DNA of 60,000 bases from Lytechinus pictus (lineage: Eukaryota). The stretch lies in NCBI RefSeq assembly GCF_037042905.1, contig NC_087245.1, positions 20,276,001 to 20,336,000 of the forward strand, read 5' to 3'. A program made the translations under genes and the position numbers. Of this stretch, positions 56,277-60,000 are shown in pieces. Under the pieces are notes generated by a model. It saw only the letters and a program-made list of their open reading frames with translations. It made no database searches and was not told the origin of the DNA. Position 1 is the stretch's first letter. Each line of letters starts with the position of its first letter.

Positions 56277-57693
56277 AAGATAATTTTATAAATGACATGG
56301 TTTAATAAAGAGGGGGGGGGCTATACTAAGATTGCAGCACACAGCAGCCCCCCCCCCTCCCTCCTTAGCTGAGCACTATTAGATACCTTACCTTACTCTG
56401 TGCCCTTTTCTAAATACCTTCTTGAAGGTACCACTCTAGTTCTCTTCAGTAAAGTTTTTAAAGTTCTATCTCCTCTCTACCTACCCCCTTCCTAAGAACA
56501 ATTTTAACATGAGCAATTTCTAAAGGTCTTTCTTATGCTAAGTAGGTGATGTACACTAACACAAAACAATGATAAATCAGAACATAAAGAGGCCTTGACT
56601 CTATACATTGACCAATCTACATACATTCCTAGGCTACACAGACCTACTATAACTTTACCTGATGTAGCTCTGCTAGCCATTAAATCCATTTTTTTGCACC
56701 ACTAGATGACTAAACATATTGATATCAGTGAGAAATTGTTTGCTACTGAAGAGTTTGGCCAGGTATTCCATCCACTACTAGCTAGATTTCTCATATTACT
56801 TACAGGTGTCACGCGCGTAAAACATTCCCCATAGACTTGTGTGTTAAGATGGCACTTTTGAAAAATTCATAAAAAATAAATGTGAAATTAGAGGGTGGAA
56901 TGTTTACTACCAATGGATAGGATATATATCTGACATTCCAAATCTGACCAGGAAAGGGTACCGTAGCCAGCTCATTTTAAAAATAAATCGCCATTTATGA
57001 AGATAACTATGAATCGATCGAATTCTTCAACTGAAACAGTAAAATAGCCCTAATTATTCCGCCAGTCAAAAAATAGTTCCAAGTCACTTATTTATCTTCC
57101 CAATTTGGGCGAAGTAAGTTCAGTAGTTACCATTTCTAGAATCAGTGTTAGATTTTGAATCACATTCATACATTTTTGTCAATCAGCAATATCAAATTGA
57201 CAAAAATTCGAATGGGTTGGGTCGAACGAATATCTTTAGCCCTCCTGATGTAATTAGGCTCGTGGAACCTATATTATATGACATATGTATTTTTTTTTTT
57301 TGAATAGCTACTTTGCTATTCTTTTATATCTGTACACTCACACTAGCACAAAGAAATGCATTGAAAATGCCTATTTTCTATGCAATGACCCATTTTAATG
57401 TGTTACCCATACATGTTATTTTCACTATATATGGATGTATACAAATTCTACCTGCATAGAGCCCAACAGTGAATGCAATGACAATATAGGTCCCTGTCAA
57501 TTGTAATATAAAGGTGTATGTAAATTCTGTGTAGATATCAGGATACCAGAACTGCCCCAAACATATATACATGAGATTGGATGAGGAAACAATAAAAGAA
57601 TGAGATACTACTTTATTATATTTGCATTTGACCTATTCAAAATCTTCCTAGGGCTGTTGCCTCTCAAATGTAAGAAGGATAATATATACATAA

Positions 57694-57728
<35 letters not shown>

Positions 57729-59151
57729 AAGATAATTTTATAAATGACATGGTTTAATAAAGAGGGGGGGGGGGGCTATACTAAGATTGCAGCACACAGC
57801 AGCCCCCCCCCCCCCTCCCTCCTTAGCTGAGCACTATTAGATACCTTACCTTACTCTGTGCCCTTTTCTAAATACCTTCTTGAAGGTACCACTCTAGTTC
57901 TCTTCAGTAAAGTTTTTAAAGTTCTATCTCCTCTCTACCTACCCCCTTCCTAAGAACAATTTTAACATGAGCAATTTCTAAAGGTCTTTCTTATGCTAAG
58001 TAGGTGATGTACACTAACACAAAACAATGATAAATCAGAACATAAAGAGGCCTTGACTCTATACATTGACCAATCTACATACATTCCTAGGCTACACAGA
58101 CCTACTATAACTTTACCTGATGTAGCTCTGCTAGCCATTAAATCCATTTTTTTGCACCACTAGATGACTAAACATATTGATATCAGTGAGAAATTGTTTG
58201 CTACTGAAGAGTTTGGCCAGGTATTCCATCCACTACTAGCTAGATTTCTCATATTACTTACAGGTGTCACGCGCGTAAAACATTCCCCATAGACTTGTGT
58301 GTTAAGATGGCACTTTTGAAAAATTCATAAAAAATAAATGTGAAATTAGAGGGTGGAATGTTTACTACCAATGGATAGGATATATATCTGACATTCCAAA
58401 TCTGACCAGGAAAGGGTACCGTAGCCAGCTCATTTTAAAAATAAATCGCCATTTATGAAGATAACTATGAATCGATCGAATTCTTCAACTGAAACAGTAA
58501 AATAGCCCTAATTATTCCGCCAGTCAAAAAATAGTTCCAAGTCACTTATTTATCTTCCCAATTTGGGCGAAGTAAGTTCAGTAGTTACCATTTCTAGAAT
58601 CAGTGTTAGATTTTGAATCACATTCATACATTTTTGTCAATCAGCAATATCAAATTGACAAAAATTCGAATGGGTTGGGTCGAACGAATATCTTTAGCCC
58701 TCCTGATGTAATTAGGCTCGTGGAACCTATATTATATGACATATGTATTTTTTTTTTTTGAATAGCTACTTTGCTATTCTTTTATATCTGTACACTCACA
58801 CTAGCACAAAGAAATGCATTGAAAATGCCTATTTTCTATGCAATGACCCATTTTAATGTGTTACCCATACATGTTATTTTCACTATATATGGATGTATAC
58901 AAATTCTACCTGCATAGAGCCCAACAGTGAATGCAATGACAATATAGGTCCCTGTCAATTGTAATATAAAGGTGTATGTAAATTCTGTGTAGATATCAGG
59001 ATACCAGAACTGCCCCAAACATATATACATGAGATTGGATGAGGAAACAATAAAAGAATGAGATACTACTTTATTATATTTGCATTTGACCTATTCAAAA
59101 TCTTCCTAGGGCTGTTGCCTCTCAAATGTAAGAAGGATAATATATACATAA

Positions 59152-59186
<35 letters not shown>

Positions 59187-60000
59187 AAGATAATTTTATA
59201 AATGACATGGTTTAATAAAGAGGGGGGGGGCTATACTAAGATTGCAGCACACAGCAGCCCCCCCCCCTCCCTCCTTAGCTGAGCACTATTAGATACCTTA
59301 CCTTACTCTGTGCCCTTTTCTAAATACCTTCTTGAAGGTACCACTCTAGTTCTCTTCAGTAAAGTTTTTAAAGTTCTATCTCCTCTCTACCTACCCCCTT
59401 CCTAAGAACAATTTTAACATGAGCAATTTCTAAAGGTCTTTCTTATGCTAAGTAGGTGATGTACACTAACACAAAACAATGATAAATCAGAACATAAAGA
59501 GGCCTTGACTCTATACATTGACCAATCTACATACATTCCTAGGCTACACAGACCTACTATAACTTTACCTGATGTAGCTCTGCTAGCCATTAAATCCATT
59601 TTTTTGCACCACTAGATGACTAAACATATTGATATCAGTGAGAAATTGTTTGCTACTGAAGAGTTTGGCCAGGTATTCCATCCACTACTAGCTAGATTTC
59701 TCATATTACTTACAGGTGTCACGCGCGTAAAACATTCCCCATAGACTTGTGTGTTAAGATGGCACTTTTGAAAAATTCATAAAAAATAAATGTGAAATTA
59801 GAGGGTGGAATGTTTACTACCAATGGATAGGATATATATCTGACATTCCAAATCTGACCAGGAAAGGGTACCGTAGCCAGCTCATTTTAAAAATAAATCG
59901 CCATTTATGAAGATAACTATGAATCGATCGAATTCTTCAACTGAAACAGTAAAATAGCCCTAATTATTCCGCCAGTCAAAAAATAGTTCCAAGTCACTTA

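Larger units (their letters stand above)
23809..60000. repeat. Macrosatellite, ~1455-bp unit, 25 complete units plus a partial 26th, running off the window end
   Basis: Unit starts: 23809, 25263, 26717, 28169, 29622, 31074, 32530, 33985, 35443, 36898, 38355, 39813, 41268, 42724, 44180, 45633, 47092, 48552, 50003, 51457 (short unit), 52443, 53895, 55351, 56803, 58261, 59713. Units differ by a few SNPs and by homopolymer lengths. Confidence 0.99.

Noticed and set aside
24384..59599. Recurrent 61-64 aa ORFs (MYICLGQ..., MDLMASR..., MCCNLS...) as a tandem gene family
   Set aside because: They are short with no recognisable domain. They recur only because the DNA unit repeats, and one appears or disappears with the G-run length.
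23809..60000. Tandem snRNA, 5S rRNA, tRNA or histone gene cluster (the unit size is typical)
   Set aside because: I found no U1 (ATACTTACCTGG; the nearby TACTTACAGG is the spacer/element junction), U2, 5S or tRNA sequence and no histone ORF on either strand. An Infernal/Rfam scan would be definitive.
23809..60000. Helitron tandem array
   Set aside because: The array edge and the empty site define TA-flanked inverted termini rather than 5'-TC ... hairpin-CTRR-3' ends at an AT target. Rolling-circle amplification cannot be fully excluded.

Overview
AT-rich eukaryotic (animal) genomic DNA. The repeat types suggest a marine invertebrate such as a sea urchin, but that is inference. I see no recognisable host protein-coding gene. 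Bases 1-23.8 kb are a mosaic of mobile elements: a folded-back ~21-bp minisatellite invaded by a tRNA-derived SINE and by a 5'-truncated but uninterrupted CR1/L2-group LINE (APE+RT), three more SINEs, L2-like 3' remnants and several non-autonomous TIR elements. From 23809 to the window end lies a near-identical ~1455-bp tandem array (25 complete units plus a partial one). Each unit is a 469-bp TA-flanked, imperfect-TIR, CpG-containing element plus a ~985-bp spacer with no CpG at all. The array starts exactly at the left terminus of the 469-bp element, inside another MITE. One unit (junction 51456/51457) lacks exactly the 469-bp element, and unit variants show a roughly trimeric higher-order pattern. 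The best reading is a MITE-bearing macrosatellite delivered or seeded by transposition; this mechanism is inferred. The short ORFs repeated in the array are not considered genes.
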